This document shows positions 1 to 8,859 of a stretch of DNA of 43,210 nucleotides, one piece after another. This stretch comes from Bacteriovoracaceae bacterium. GTDB taxonomy: Bacteria; Bdellovibrionota; Bacteriovoracia; Bacteriovoracales; Bacteriovoracaceae. Where the stretch lies: positions 1 to 43,210 of the forward strand of contig JBFGZE010000019.1 in assembly GCA_041586955.1 (NCBI GenBank), given 5' to 3'. The position numbers and the translations under genes are program-made. Position 1 is the first letter of the stretch; every line of letters starts with the position of its first letter. The notes under the pieces were generated by a model. The model searched no databases and was not told the origin of the DNA. It worked only from the letters and a program-made list of their open reading frames with translations.

Positions 1-2
1 AT

Positions 3-239
3 AAAACATATGAAGGAGGACGATCGTGTGTAAGCGGCCAAGGGGAATTAAAGAAAAAAGGCTTCGATCCACTTTTTACTCTTAATCACACTTGTGCAAT
101 GTTTCGTGACTCCATCAATCGACTGGTGCGTAAAACTTGGTGTTCGACCAAGCGAGTCGATAAGCTCCAAAAACACATCGATATTTTTATAACCTATTAT
201 AACTTTGAGTACTTAGGCCTAGAGCTCAACACCACTTAA
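3..239 (+). CDS. C-terminal fragment (5' end outside window) of an IS1-family transposase-like protein
   Basis: Not in the ORF track. Frame 3 is open from the window edge to TAA at 237-239: KTYEGGRSCVSGQGELKKKGFDPLFTLNHTCAMFRDSINRLVRKTWCSTKRVDKLQKHIDIFITYYN. The R-L-x-R-K-T-x-C-x-(S/T)-K...YN pattern resembles the IS1 InsB-type C-terminus. Confidence 0.65.
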   Translation, partial: KTYEGGRSCVSGQGELKKKGFDPLFTLNHTCAMFRDSINRLVRKTWCSTKRVDKLQKHIDIFITYYNFEYLGLELNTT

Positions 240-268
240 ATACACCAGTTATTAAAAGAATGAGGCCA

Positions 269-928
269 TTATTTAAAGATTTCTTGATAGGACAATTGAT
301 GACGCTGTCTCAACCACTCGAGATAGGCCTTTCTCGGAATTTCTGCCCCTCCGAGATAAGCAATAATACCAGTGACCATTTGGGTGTCGATCCAATTAAT
401 CCCTCTCTCATGCAATAATTCCATGAGATAAACGAGACAGACTTTAGAGGCGTTGGGAGCGAAGTGAAACATCGATTCACCAGAGATAATACCCTCAATA
501 CAAACGCCGTACACACCGCCCACTAAATCATCTCCATCATATGCTTCAACCGAGTATGCCTTTTTGTGGCGAAAGAGGTCGATATAAGCGTGAACAACTT
601 CTCGGGTGATCCATGTTGTATCTTGGTTTTTACGGGGCACGCTGGCGCAAGCGAGGATGACTTTTTCAAAATTAGTATTGAAGCGAATATCATAAGGGCA
701 GTCTTTGAGTACCTTTTTCAAAGAGCGACCGATATGGAGGTTTTCATAGTGGAGTACACCACGCGGGTCTGGAGAAAACCAGGCGAGAGGGTATTCTTCG
801 GAAATGGGCCATGGAAAAATTCCCGATTTATAGGCTAACTCTAAGGAAGCTATGTCGAGATCCCCACCAATTGCTAGTAGACCATTTTCGTCGGCCAGTT
901 CTAAGGGTGGAAATTTAATAATCGTCAT
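269..928 (-). CDS. aat: Leucyl/phenylalanyl-tRNA--protein transferase
   Basis: GLLAIGGDL, AYxxGIFPW, WFSPDPRGVL, TWIT, SVEAY, GESMFH, NASKV, IDTQ motifs. Confidence 0.96.
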   Translation of the reverse strand: MTIIKFPPLELADENGLLAIGGDLDIASLELAYKSGIFPWPISEEYPLAWFSPDPRGVLHYENLHIGRSLKKVLKDCPYDIRFNTNFEKVILACASVPRKNQDTTWITREVVHAYIDLFRHKKAYSVEAYDGDDLVGGVYGVCIEGIISGESMFHFAPNASKVCLVYLMELLHERGINWIDTQMVTGIIAYLGGAEIPRKAYLEWLRQRHQLSYQEIFK

Positions 929-943
929 AAGGCCATTTTAAAC

Positions 944-2044
944 TTATCCATGCATTTTTGATAGGAAAACTGACAGAATCATTTGTGCGGACAAAAGTGT
1001 TGTGGTCGGCTCAGGACCACTTTGTTCTTCAGTTGCAAGAAAAGGCGCGACTTCAACTAAATCCGCTCCGGTCAAGGGGATGTCTTCTGTCAAAATCTTG
1101 ATAAGAGAGATACATTGATCTGGTGCCAGGCCGCCACTTTCTGGTGTACCCGTTGCTGAGGCGTAGGCCGCATCAAGGGCGTCAATATCAAAGCTGATAT
1201 AGAGTTCATCGACGCCTTTTTGAAGGAGATGATTTTTGATTTGTTGGCCCAAGGCCTCAACACCGAGTCGATTGATTTCTTCGGTCCAATATTGTTGATG
1301 GGAAAATTTCTTTTCCCAATGGCCACGGTCTTTTCCGCTTGAGCGTATTCCTAATTGAATGAGAAGGTCTGGAGAATCCAGGTCATCTAAAATATGAGTG
1401 GCCCAGGAACCAAAACAGAGGTCAATTCCCAAGCGCTCATGGAGCAGGTCAGTATGGGCATCAAAATGAATAATTGCCGCTTTTTTTCCAAGTACTTTTG
1501 ACTTTTTTAAATAGGATTTAACAAGAGGATAGCTGACGGAGTGGTCGCCCCCAAGCCCAAGAACCTTTAGAGTAGGGTGTTCTTGGTAAATATCATCGAG
1601 TGCCCTTTCGGTCATGGAAAGGGGGGAGACAGGGAGATCGTTTACCTCGGAATAAAGGGCCTTCTGGCAATTTTGAATGGTTTGATCATTTAAATATTTA
1701 TCATGTAATAAATGGGGAATCACACGGACATCTCCAAGGTCTTGATAATCTGGAAGAGTCGGGTTGTTAAGTAATTCTTGTCTTAAAAATAAGGGTCCCC
1801 AATTGGCGCCGCGAAGAATACCTCCACCACAATCAGAACAGACTCCAAAAAGTGCAGGGCGATCGTCTTGAATATTATTAAGCGATTGCTGCCATTTTTT
1901 TTGCACCTCATTTTGCTCCCCCGTACCATACATTTTCTGGTGTAGGGCGGACTTGCGTTCTCTGGCGGTGTGAACGGTGAAAACACCTGTTCCTGGAGGG
2001 CATAATAAGTGCTTAAGCGTAGGGATAAGCTTTTTATCTGTCAT
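944..2044 (-). CDS. Ureohydrolase (arginase/agmatinase family)
   Basis: Intact metal-binding motifs GGDHS, HFDAHTD, SFDIDALD, plus ATGTPE and DLVEVAP. Substrate cannot be determined from sequence. Confidence 0.9.
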   Translation of the reverse strand: MTDKKLIPTLKHLLCPPGTGVFTVHTARERKSALHQKMYGTGEQNEVQKKWQQSLNNIQDDRPALFGVCSDCGGGILRGANWGPLFLRQELLNNPTLPDYQDLGDVRVIPHLLHDKYLNDQTIQNCQKALYSEVNDLPVSPLSMTERALDDIYQEHPTLKVLGLGGDHSVSYPLVKSYLKKSKVLGKKAAIIHFDAHTDLLHERLGIDLCFGSWATHILDDLDSPDLLIQLGIRSSGKDRGHWEKKFSHQQYWTEEINRLGVEALGQQIKNHLLQKGVDELYISFDIDALDAAYASATGTPESGGLAPDQCISLIKILTEDIPLTGADLVEVAPFLATEEQSGPEPTTTLLSAQMILSVFLSKMHG

Positions 2045-2985
2045 ATTAAAACTCGTTTATTGAGGTGGAATTGTTGATATTTTTGGAGAAAATCGTCTCT
2101 GTCCGAATGGGTAAAATCCCAAATAACTTTTTGTTCAAAGGCCAATAATTTATCTTCTAAGTTTTGGTAAACACCAGCGATATGACTGGTGGGATGAATA
2201 TTGGGGAATTGTTTAAAGTCGCCAAAGTTTTTAGGCTCTTGTGAAAAAACATCAATATAAAAATGGCGCTCAGGATGATGTTGGGCCAAGTTTATTAGAG
2301 TCTCTTCACTATAAAAATCACCGCGTGCGGGATTGATGAGAACACCCGAGTGAGTTAGTTTATCTTGCAAATAATCTTGATTGATAAAATGAAAATTTTC
2401 TTGGCGGTTATCGCAGCAAAGAATAATGACATCATAAGTTTTGCCAACCGGGGGTCGGTCTGCAACACCAGGTTGATAAGGGTCGACAATATCGATAGGG
2501 CAATTGAGAGAAGACAGAGTCTTCTTGAGGATACTACCAATGCTACCCTGGCCTAAAAGTAGAATATTGAGGTCCTCCATTAGGGGTCTGGGCCATTGTC
2601 TTTTTTGATCCCACTGTGTAGGCCAGGGGATAGGTTGAAAATGATGGAAAAGAACGCCCATGACGTACTGGGTCACCGCTTGGGAGCGGATTGGATTACC
2701 TAGTATAAAGGGACAGGGGAGATTATTGAGCCATTCGTTTGAAAAGTTATCATGGCCAGAGTTGGGATGGATAATGAGCTTGGTACGTTGCAGTGTCTGA
2801 GGAGTGATATGCTCTTCTTGAGTATGGGTATTGGTTAAAAGAATCATCGACTCATCTTGCGCAAGGTCAAGTCCGCAATAATGCACCGAGGGAATTTTTC
2901 TCATGATGGCCTTTTCCTTATTTAGGAAATTTTCGCTAAAATAACTGGAGGTACTAAGTCGCGCCACATTGTAATTTATTATCAT
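2041..2985 (-). CDS. D-isomer-specific 2-hydroxyacid dehydrogenase family NAD(P)-binding protein
   Basis: Rossmann GQGSIG, INPARG, DVFSQEP and TSHIAG (Arg/Glu/His catalytic set). 4-nt overlap with the ureohydrolase gene. Confidence 0.8.
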   Translation of the reverse strand: MIINYNVARLSTSSYFSENFLNKEKAIMRKIPSVHYCGLDLAQDESMILLTNTHTQEEHITPQTLQRTKLIIHPNSGHDNFSNEWLNNLPCPFILGNPIRSQAVTQYVMGVLFHHFQPIPWPTQWDQKRQWPRPLMEDLNILLLGQGSIGSILKKTLSSLNCPIDIVDPYQPGVADRPPVGKTYDVIILCCDNRQENFHFINQDYLQDKLTHSGVLINPARGDFYSEETLINLAQHHPERHFYIDVFSQEPKNFGDFKQFPNIHPTSHIAGVYQNLEDKLLAFEQKVIWDFTHSDRDDFLQKYQQFHLNKRVLI

Positions 2986-3061
2986 GATTTAAGGCCTTTG
3001 CTTGACTAGGAGCGACTCGATTCTGTAGAACAAAATATTAAATGTCAAAAGAGAAAATAAT

Positions 3062-3838
3062 ATGATTTCAATCAAGTCTAAAAGAGAAATAGAATTAATG
3101 AGGGCGACCTGCCTTTTGGCGAAAAGTACTCTTGAGTATATTGAACCTTTTATTAAGCCTGGGGTATCGACTCTAGAATTAAATGATCTTTGTCACCAAT
3201 ATATTATGGATCACGATGCCTATCCCTCTCCGCTCAATTATCACGGCTTTCCCAAATCTGTCTGTACATCTCTTAATCATGTTATCTGTCATGGAATTCC
3301 TAGTAAAAAGGATATACTCAAGGATGGTGATTTATTAAATATTGATGTCACCACTTATTTGAACCGGTTTCACGGGGACACAAATAAAACATTTTATGTT
3401 GGCAACGTTTCCGATGAGTTAAAAAAGCTAACAGAAGTGACTTATAAATGTATGCGTGAGGGCATTAATCAAGTACGTCCTGGCGCGCGAATTGGTGATA
3501 TTGGTGCGATTATCGGCGAGATCGCTCATGATCATGGCTACTCTGTCGTGGAAGAATATTGTGGACATGGCATAGGCCGTGAATTCCATGAAGAGCCACA
3601 GGTTGTTCATATTGCAAAAAAAGGAACTGGCGCTGAAATAAAGCCTGGAATGACATTTACAATTGAGCCAATGATCAATTTGGGCAAGCGCCACTGCAAT
3701 GTCTTGGCCGATAATTGGACGGTTGTCACCAAAGATGGCAAGGCGTCGGCCCAATTTGAACATACTATTTTAGTGACTGAAAGTGGCCACGAAATCTTGA
3801 CCCTAAGACAAGAAGAAGAGGTTATATTTGGTGGATAA
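3062..3838 (+). CDS. map: Type I methionyl aminopeptidase
   Basis: GFPKSVCTSLNHVICHGIP, NIDVT, HGDT, GHGIG..FHEEP, FTIEPMIN, SAQFEHT. Confidence 0.97.
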   Translation: MISIKSKREIELMRATCLLAKSTLEYIEPFIKPGVSTLELNDLCHQYIMDHDAYPSPLNYHGFPKSVCTSLNHVICHGIPSKKDILKDGDLLNIDVTTYLNRFHGDTNKTFYVGNVSDELKKLTEVTYKCMREGINQVRPGARIGDIGAIIGEIAHDHGYSVVEEYCGHGIGREFHEEPQVVHIAKKGTGAEIKPGMTFTIEPMINLGKRHCNVLADNWTVVTKDGKASAQFEHTILVTESGHEILTLRQEEEVIFGG

Positions 3839-4574
3839 TTTTTTTATACCCACCTCGCATTTCTCCTTCACGGTACCCCGTCTAGGGCCCGGCAGATTGT
3901 CCATTGAGTTAGATCGTCATAAAGAAAAAATTATCCGTTTACAATTTGATTTTAAAGACCAGGCGTGTCCTTGTGAGTTTTCCGAATTTGCTGAGAGCCT
4001 ACGGAATCAACCGCTTGCCTCCTATCAAAAAATTAAAGTTTTAGATGATCATAATTTTTTTCCGGTCTTAATTTTCCATCAATGGTATCAAAACTTTTTT
4101 GGCCTGGGCCTTTCTCTTAAGCATATTCAAGAGGAAGGAGAGATATGGCCACAAATTTGTCGTTGTTTTGGCATCACTGAAGGTGATCTTTGGACTCTCG
4201 CTTCTTCAGTGGAAAAAGTTGATTTGACCATTATTAATGATGAGACATTGGCGGGAACAGGTTGCGGTAGCTGTAAGGCGGATCTCCTCACATTTATTCA
4301 TGATCTCAAGTCAATGGAGCAACCAGACCCCATGCGTTTTTATAAAAAGCGGATGCGAGTCAAAGGCCTCACCCCTGCACAAATCCTTAAGGCCATCAGG
4401 CCACAGGTTCAAAAATACTTTGAGGAAATTGAGCTTGAATTACCCCAAGAGGTAAGAGTTGATGGCAAAAAAGTATTTTTAAAAAATTGCCCTGCTTCTT
4501 CCCATCAATTATTCGAACTTTCTCAAAGAGTTTTGGCCGAAAATGGGCTGGACTTATTCTTTTTGAGTTTTTAA
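3828..4574 (+). CDS. Protein with a central BFD-like [2Fe-2S] domain (NifU-like layout)
   Basis: ICRCFGITE...AGTGCGSC matches the Fer2_BFD CxC...CxxC pattern. Start (TTG 3828 or GTG 3831) overlaps the end of map. Confidence 0.7.
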   Translation: MVDNFFIPTSHFSFTVPRLGPGRLSIELDRHKEKIIRLQFDFKDQACPCEFSEFAESLRNQPLASYQKIKVLDDHNFFPVLIFHQWYQNFFGLGLSLKHIQEEGEIWPQICRCFGITEGDLWTLASSVEKVDLTIINDETLAGTGCGSCKADLLTFIHDLKSMEQPDPMRFYKKRMRVKGLTPAQILKAIRPQVQKYFEEIELELPQEVRVDGKKVFLKNCPASSHQLFELSQRVLAENGLDLFFLSF

Positions 4575-5195
4575 TAATTCCTTCTTTAAAAGGAGCTGGT
4601 GTTCTTCTTCGCAGGCCTTTGCCATCGAGTTGAAATTTTCGAGCTTTTTGAAAAGCAGATTAATTTTTTGGGTATCATCAATTAATTGGGTCATACTATA
4701 ATCTTTTTCGAGGAAATAATATTTTTCGAGGAAAGAATAGAGGTTAGGAATTCGCTTGCGTAGGCAATCATGGCGAGAGGTTAGTCCTTGTAAATAGGCC
4801 AGGTAGCGGAACATTAAGTGAGGTCCCTTTTGTACGAGATCTTTCACAACCTGGATACGATAGGCGTCTTTTCCATTTTGCTGATTAATCTTATTGAGGG
4901 CAAAAAGTTTTTCCCTTTGCACCAAAAGGGAACGGAGGAAATTGACAGAGGGTGTAAATGGTTTATAACGACAAATTTTGCGCAGCTCATCTTCTTTGAT
5001 ATTGACCCCGACTACACTAGTCAATTCACTGATAAATGTTTGGTTGAGGTCATAAATAGGCCCGCGAGTTTTATTGCGATGGAGATTTAATTCCTCCTGG
5101 CCGAGACAGGCCAAAATGGTTTTAGGCGTCGTTAATTTTGCCTGTACCAAAGGGGAAAATAGTATCAATCCTATTAAAAACCATTTATAATGCAT
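4554..5195 (-). CDS. Hypothetical exported protein
   Basis: Start moved to ATG 5195, which follows AGGAGG and gives signal peptide MHYKWFLIGLILFSPLVQA. Several Cys; family not recognised. Confidence 0.7.
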   Translation of the reverse strand: MHYKWFLIGLILFSPLVQAKLTTPKTILACLGQEELNLHRNKTRGPIYDLNQTFISELTSVVGVNIKEDELRKICRYKPFTPSVNFLRSLLVQREKLFALNKINQQNGKDAYRIQVVKDLVQKGPHLMFRYLAYLQGLTSRHDCLRKRIPNLYSFLEKYYFLEKDYSMTQLIDDTQKINLLFKKLENFNSMAKACEEEHQLLLKKELLKTQKE

Positions 5196-5256
5196 GGAGC
5201 CTCCTTTTTCTATTGTAAGCGCCCTTGTCATTTGGCTCAAGGCTTTGGAGCAGATT

Positions 5257-5991
5257 TTGAAAGAAATGAGTTTGACCGATCATCTCGAAGAATTGCGGAA
5301 AATCGCGATTCATTGTCTAATCATCCTCGCAGTGTCCTTTTTTGTTTGTTATGGCCTGGGAGAGCATATTAGTGAGTTCTTACTATCGCCTCTACGTGAT
5401 TCTTTGAAAAGTAGTAGTGGCGAAATCGTTTATCTCGGTTTACTTGATAAGGTTCTTAGTCAATTGCAAGTCGCCTTTTGGGCATCCTTGATTGTCTCTT
5501 CTCCTTTATGGTTTTACCAAATTTGGAAATTTATTAAGCCTGGGCTGTACGATTATGAAATTAAGGCCGTGCGGCCATTTGTTTTAGTCGGATTTTTTCT
5601 CTTTTGCCTTGGGGTCTCCTTTGGTTACTTTATTGTCTTTCCACTGACCTTTGAGATGCTATTAAGCTTTGGGGTTGGGGATGTTCAGGCGACGATTAGT
5701 TTAAAAGATCACCTTATCCTCTGTATTAAGGTTTTGGTTTTTTTGGGAATTGTTTTTCAATTACCCAATGTCCTACTGATTCTCGGCTTTATGGGATTGG
5801 TGACGAAATATTCTCTTCGTGAGAAAAGATCTTATGTCTATGTGGGGTTCGCCTTTGTCGCAGCTATGGTTACTCCTCCTGATGTCGTCACCATGCTAGG
5901 GCTTTGGGTTCCCCTTGTTGTATTGTTTGAATTAGGTATTTTAGCAGTTGCTATGATTGTCCATCCTTACTTAGCGAGGCAGCACTCATAA
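5257..5991 (+). CDS. tatC: Twin-arginine translocase subunit TatC
   Basis: EMSLTDHLEELR, YQIWKFIKPGLY..E, F.YFIVFP, FQLP, TPPDVV, LFELG. Start placed at TTG 5257 (GGAG at 5247-5250); ATG 5266 is the alternative. Confidence 0.95.
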   Translation: MKEMSLTDHLEELRKIAIHCLIILAVSFFVCYGLGEHISEFLLSPLRDSLKSSSGEIVYLGLLDKVLSQLQVAFWASLIVSSPLWFYQIWKFIKPGLYDYEIKAVRPFVLVGFFLFCLGVSFGYFIVFPLTFEMLLSFGVGDVQATISLKDHLILCIKVLVFLGIVFQLPNVLLILGFMGLVTKYSLREKRSYVYVGFAFVAAMVTPPDVVTMLGLWVPLVVLFELGILAVAMIVHPYLARQHS

Positions 5992-6464
5992 TGATGACAC
6001 AAATACTAAAAAGACTTTGGGGGCCCTTGATTGGAGCTTGGGTCGTCGGATTATTAGTGGTCGACTTTGTGATTGCTCCCACTATCTTTCAAACGGTACC
6101 CAACCGCGCTTTAGCGGGTAATTTAGCAATGATTCTGTTTAAAAAGTGGAATTTAATTGAAATGGTCTGCGCCATTTTATTGGGTCTGCTCTTTTTTATT
6201 CCCAAAAGACGGTCATGGATTCATCTACTTGCAAGTTTGATTACGATAATGGCAACCTTTTGGGAGGGACTTTACCTCATTCCGAAATTAAGTACTATCG
6301 CCCTGGGAATTTATGAGGCGACAAATAGTGGAATTGAAAATCTTGAACAAGAAATGGCCATTTATCACCAGCATTATGTTTGGTTAGATTCTGGCAAAAT
6401 ATTATTTTTATTGATCCTTTTGGGTCTTTATCTTTTTTCTAAGGAAAAAGGGAGCAGCAAATGA
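5991..6464 (+). CDS. Four-TM membrane protein, DUF4149/TMEM205-like
   Basis: Four hydrophobic segments, IAPTIF...AG motif, His near the last helix. TAATG coupling to tatC. Confidence 0.7.
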   Translation: MMTQILKRLWGPLIGAWVVGLLVVDFVIAPTIFQTVPNRALAGNLAMILFKKWNLIEMVCAILLGLLFFIPKRRSWIHLLASLITIMATFWEGLYLIPKLSTIALGIYEATNSGIENLEQEMAIYHQHYVWLDSGKILFLLILLGLYLFSKEKGSSK

Positions 6465-7435
6465 TTTTAGTGACAGGTGGGGCGGGATTTATTGGTTCAG
6501 CATTAATTAAGGCCTTAAACGATGAGGGGCGCCAGGACATCGTTGTGGTCGATCGTTTTAAAAGTAGTGAGAAATGGCGCAATCTGCGAAATGTGAAATT
6601 TGAAGAATATATTCAGGCAGATGAATTATTCAGACCTGAGTTTGAAGATATTTTTGAGACTATTGAGGTGGTTTTTCATATGGGGGCCTGTTCTTCAACC
6701 ACTGAAAGAAATGTTGATTATCTGATGGAAAACAATGTCGACTTTTCTAAAAATCTTTTTGAGATATGTACTGAACTTGATATTCCCTTTATCTATGCCT
6801 CATCAGCTGCGACCTACGGTAATGGCGAGTTAGGTTACGAGGATAATCAAAAGACCCTTCCACAGTTAAGGCCACTCAATGCCTATGGTTATTCCAAACA
6901 ATTATTTGATGAATGGGTTTTAAGAAGACGTCGCACGCCACCTAAATGGTATGGCCTTAAATTTTTCAATGTGTTTGGACCGAATGAATACCATAAAGGA
7001 GAGATGAGATCCTTGGTGCATAAGGCCTTCGGTCAAATTAATGATGGGGGAGTGGTTCGTTTATTTAAATCTCACCGTGATGATTATGAAGATGGTAAAC
7101 AATTGCGAGATTTTATTTATGTCAAAGATGTTGTCGCGGCAATGGTTCATTTATTAAAGGCGAAAGGTAAATCTGGAATTTATAATATGGGAACTGGTCA
7201 AGCTCGTAGCTTTTATGATTTGGTAGAGGCGACTTTTAAAGCGATGGGTAGAGAAACCAATATCGAATATATCGATATGCCAGAGAGTATTCGTGATCAG
7301 TACCAATATTATACTCAAGCAGATATGAGTAAAATGACGAAAGCTTTTCCTCAAATCAAAATGCGGTCGTTAGAGGAAGCGGTGACGGACTATGTTCAAA
7401 ACCATTTATTAAAAGATGACCCCTATCTTAGGTAA
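6461..7435 (+). CDS. hldD: ADP-L-glycero-D-manno-heptose 6-epimerase
   Basis: ILVTGGAGFIGS, FHMGACSSTTE, YASSAATYG, PLNAYGYSK, FNVFGPNEYHKG, RDFIYVKD, YQYYTQAD. Confidence 0.95.
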   Translation: MILVTGGAGFIGSALIKALNDEGRQDIVVVDRFKSSEKWRNLRNVKFEEYIQADELFRPEFEDIFETIEVVFHMGACSSTTERNVDYLMENNVDFSKNLFEICTELDIPFIYASSAATYGNGELGYEDNQKTLPQLRPLNAYGYSKQLFDEWVLRRRRTPPKWYGLKFFNVFGPNEYHKGEMRSLVHKAFGQINDGGVVRLFKSHRDDYEDGKQLRDFIYVKDVVAAMVHLLKAKGKSGIYNMGTGQARSFYDLVEATFKAMGRETNIEYIDMPESIRDQYQYYTQADMSKMTKAFPQIKMRSLEEAVTDYVQNHLLKDDPYLR

Positions 7436-7863
7436 TGGTCGATTTTAAAGGTGGGGCGAAAGAGGCCGCTAAGATTTTACAGGCCCTTGACCCCCAACAT
7501 CGCGAGCGCTTATTTCAATTAATTCAGGCCAAAGACCCGAAGATGGCCCAACTCCTCGAAGAGTACCTCATTACTTTAGATGATCTTCAATATATGACCC
7601 CAAAGATGCTCTCAGAATTTCTCAGAGAAGTTGAAATGATTGACCTAGGACAGGCCTTACGTATTTGCGGTGGCCCTATTAAAGATTATTTTCTAAATAA
7701 TCTTCCCTCTCGCTTAAGAAGGGATCTTGAAGAAGTTCTTTTAGGGAAGCCTATCCCCGCTCGCGATGCTCAGGCCTCTTATCAAAAAATTATGGATGTG
7801 GTGAAGCGCAAAGTTGAGCGCGGAGAATTGATTCTTAGGCCTGAGGCCGACCCAATTGTTTAG
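7435..7863 (+). CDS. Stand-alone FliG C-terminal-domain protein
   Basis: GAKEAAKIL..LD, DPKMA..L, LDDL, FLNNLPSR, QKIMDVVKR..E.GEL resemble the FliG C-terminal region. Only 142 aa. Confidence 0.75.
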   Translation: MVDFKGGAKEAAKILQALDPQHRERLFQLIQAKDPKMAQLLEEYLITLDDLQYMTPKMLSEFLREVEMIDLGQALRICGGPIKDYFLNNLPSRLRRDLEEVLLGKPIPARDAQASYQKIMDVVKRKVERGELILRPEADPIV

Positions 7864-8335
7864 CCTCTATACAGTCCATCATTTGATCTTTTTTGGCCAT
7901 TTCAAAAGGTAAGTTAATTTTATTCATTTGATGATAGAGAGTGCTATAGGGGTAGCTAAGGCCATCATCGGCGAATGAGTTATGTTCGATATGCTTGATG
8001 AGTTGGTTTTTAAGTTGGAAAATCGCATTATGGGCGAATAGTAAAGTCCATTTAAAGTTGGAAGGAAAGGCAATGGTATGGGGTCTTGTTTCATGTGTTA
8101 AAAAGCTTTGCAATCCATTAATAATTTTTTCCAATATGCCCTCTGGCCCTGAAACCATCAAGTGGTAATTTTGAGGTAATAAGAGCATGAAGTGTATGTA
8201 AAAACCCACTTCCTTTTGTGATAAAGCAAGGCCTTCCAAAAATTTTGGCCAAAGATTTTCAAGACGAAAATCCATCCCACCCTGGATTTGGAATGAATTG
8301 GTAATATGATAAATAGCGCTCTTTTGTGCTGTCAT
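7835..8335 (-). CDS. Degenerate Y1 (IS200/REP-associated) HUH transposase-like protein
   Basis: YHIT near the N-terminus; IHFMLLLPQNYHLMVS aligns with the family IHAxxLMPNHxHLL motif; F...FKW, HIEHN (vs YIxxNP) and YPYST follow in order. Confidence 0.55.
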   Translation of the reverse strand: MTAQKSAIYHITNSFQIQGGMDFRLENLWPKFLEGLALSQKEVGFYIHFMLLLPQNYHLMVSGPEGILEKIINGLQSFLTHETRPHTIAFPSNFKWTLLFAHNAIFQLKNQLIKHIEHNSFADDGLSYPYSTLYHQMNKINLPFEMAKKDQMMDCIEAKQLGRPQA

Positions 8336-8429
8336 TAAAATTTATTGTATCAATTTAATAAAGATTTAAAAAGAGAGAATATATGACCACCGGGGTCAGG
8401 ATAGGGTGTAGTTTTGGCCCCAACCTCTA

Positions 8430-8476
8430 GCTAACCTTTTGAAAAGTATAAAACTGTTTTGGCACACAGCGTGAAA
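8430..8476 (+). promoter_or_regulatory. Possible sigma54-type promoter with an upstream IHF-like site
   Basis: TTTTGGCACACAGCGTGAA has a strong -24 TGGCAC but GA rather than GC at -12. TAACCTTTTGAAA just upstream resembles the IHF consensus. Confidence 0.35.
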
Positions 8477-8583
8477 TAAGGATTCATGACACATAGGAGG
8501 CCTCACGATGAGGCCAAAAGCTCCGCTAGATAGGGATTATGGATGATTCCTTTTGGGGCCACAAACCAATTGAGGAGGTTAGG

Positions 8584-8829
8584 ATGACCGTAGAAATTAC
8601 TCATAAGGATATTTTTCCCAAAACAGAACCAGAGAGGGTGCAAAAGCTAAGACTCTTTGTGAATGAACTATGGTTTCGTATGAAAAAAGGTGAGCCGATA
8701 GACCCGGCCTTTTATAAGCTTTATACCCAAAAACTTGATGAATTAATTCAATACCTTGAATTGGAAGCGGAACAATATGCGGAAAAATTAGAGCTTGAAG
8801 AAAAAAGAGATAATGGCCCTTCGGCCTAA
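8584..8829 (+). CDS. Small hypothetical protein (~81 aa)
   Basis: ATG 8584 follows GAGGAGG (ORF track start 8539 is the alternative). Helical and charged; followed by a terminator hairpin. Confidence 0.65.
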   Translation: MTVEITHKDIFPKTEPERVQKLRLFVNELWFRMKKGEPIDPAFYKLYTQKLDELIQYLELEAEQYAEKLELEEKRDNGPSA

Positions 8830-8833
8830 AAAC

Positions 8834-8855
8834 AAAGCTCCCAGGAGGGAGCTTT
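8834..8855. terminator. Bidirectional intrinsic terminator
   Basis: AAAGCTCCC-AGGA-GGGAGCTTT perfect 9-bp stem with A/T-rich flanks, between convergent genes. Confidence 0.8.
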
Positions 8856-8859
8856 AATT

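Noticed and set aside
5194..5256. ORF-track extended starts for tatC (5194) and the divergent gene (5240)
   Set aside because: They would overlap head-to-head; SD-supported starts at 5257 and 5195 fit better.
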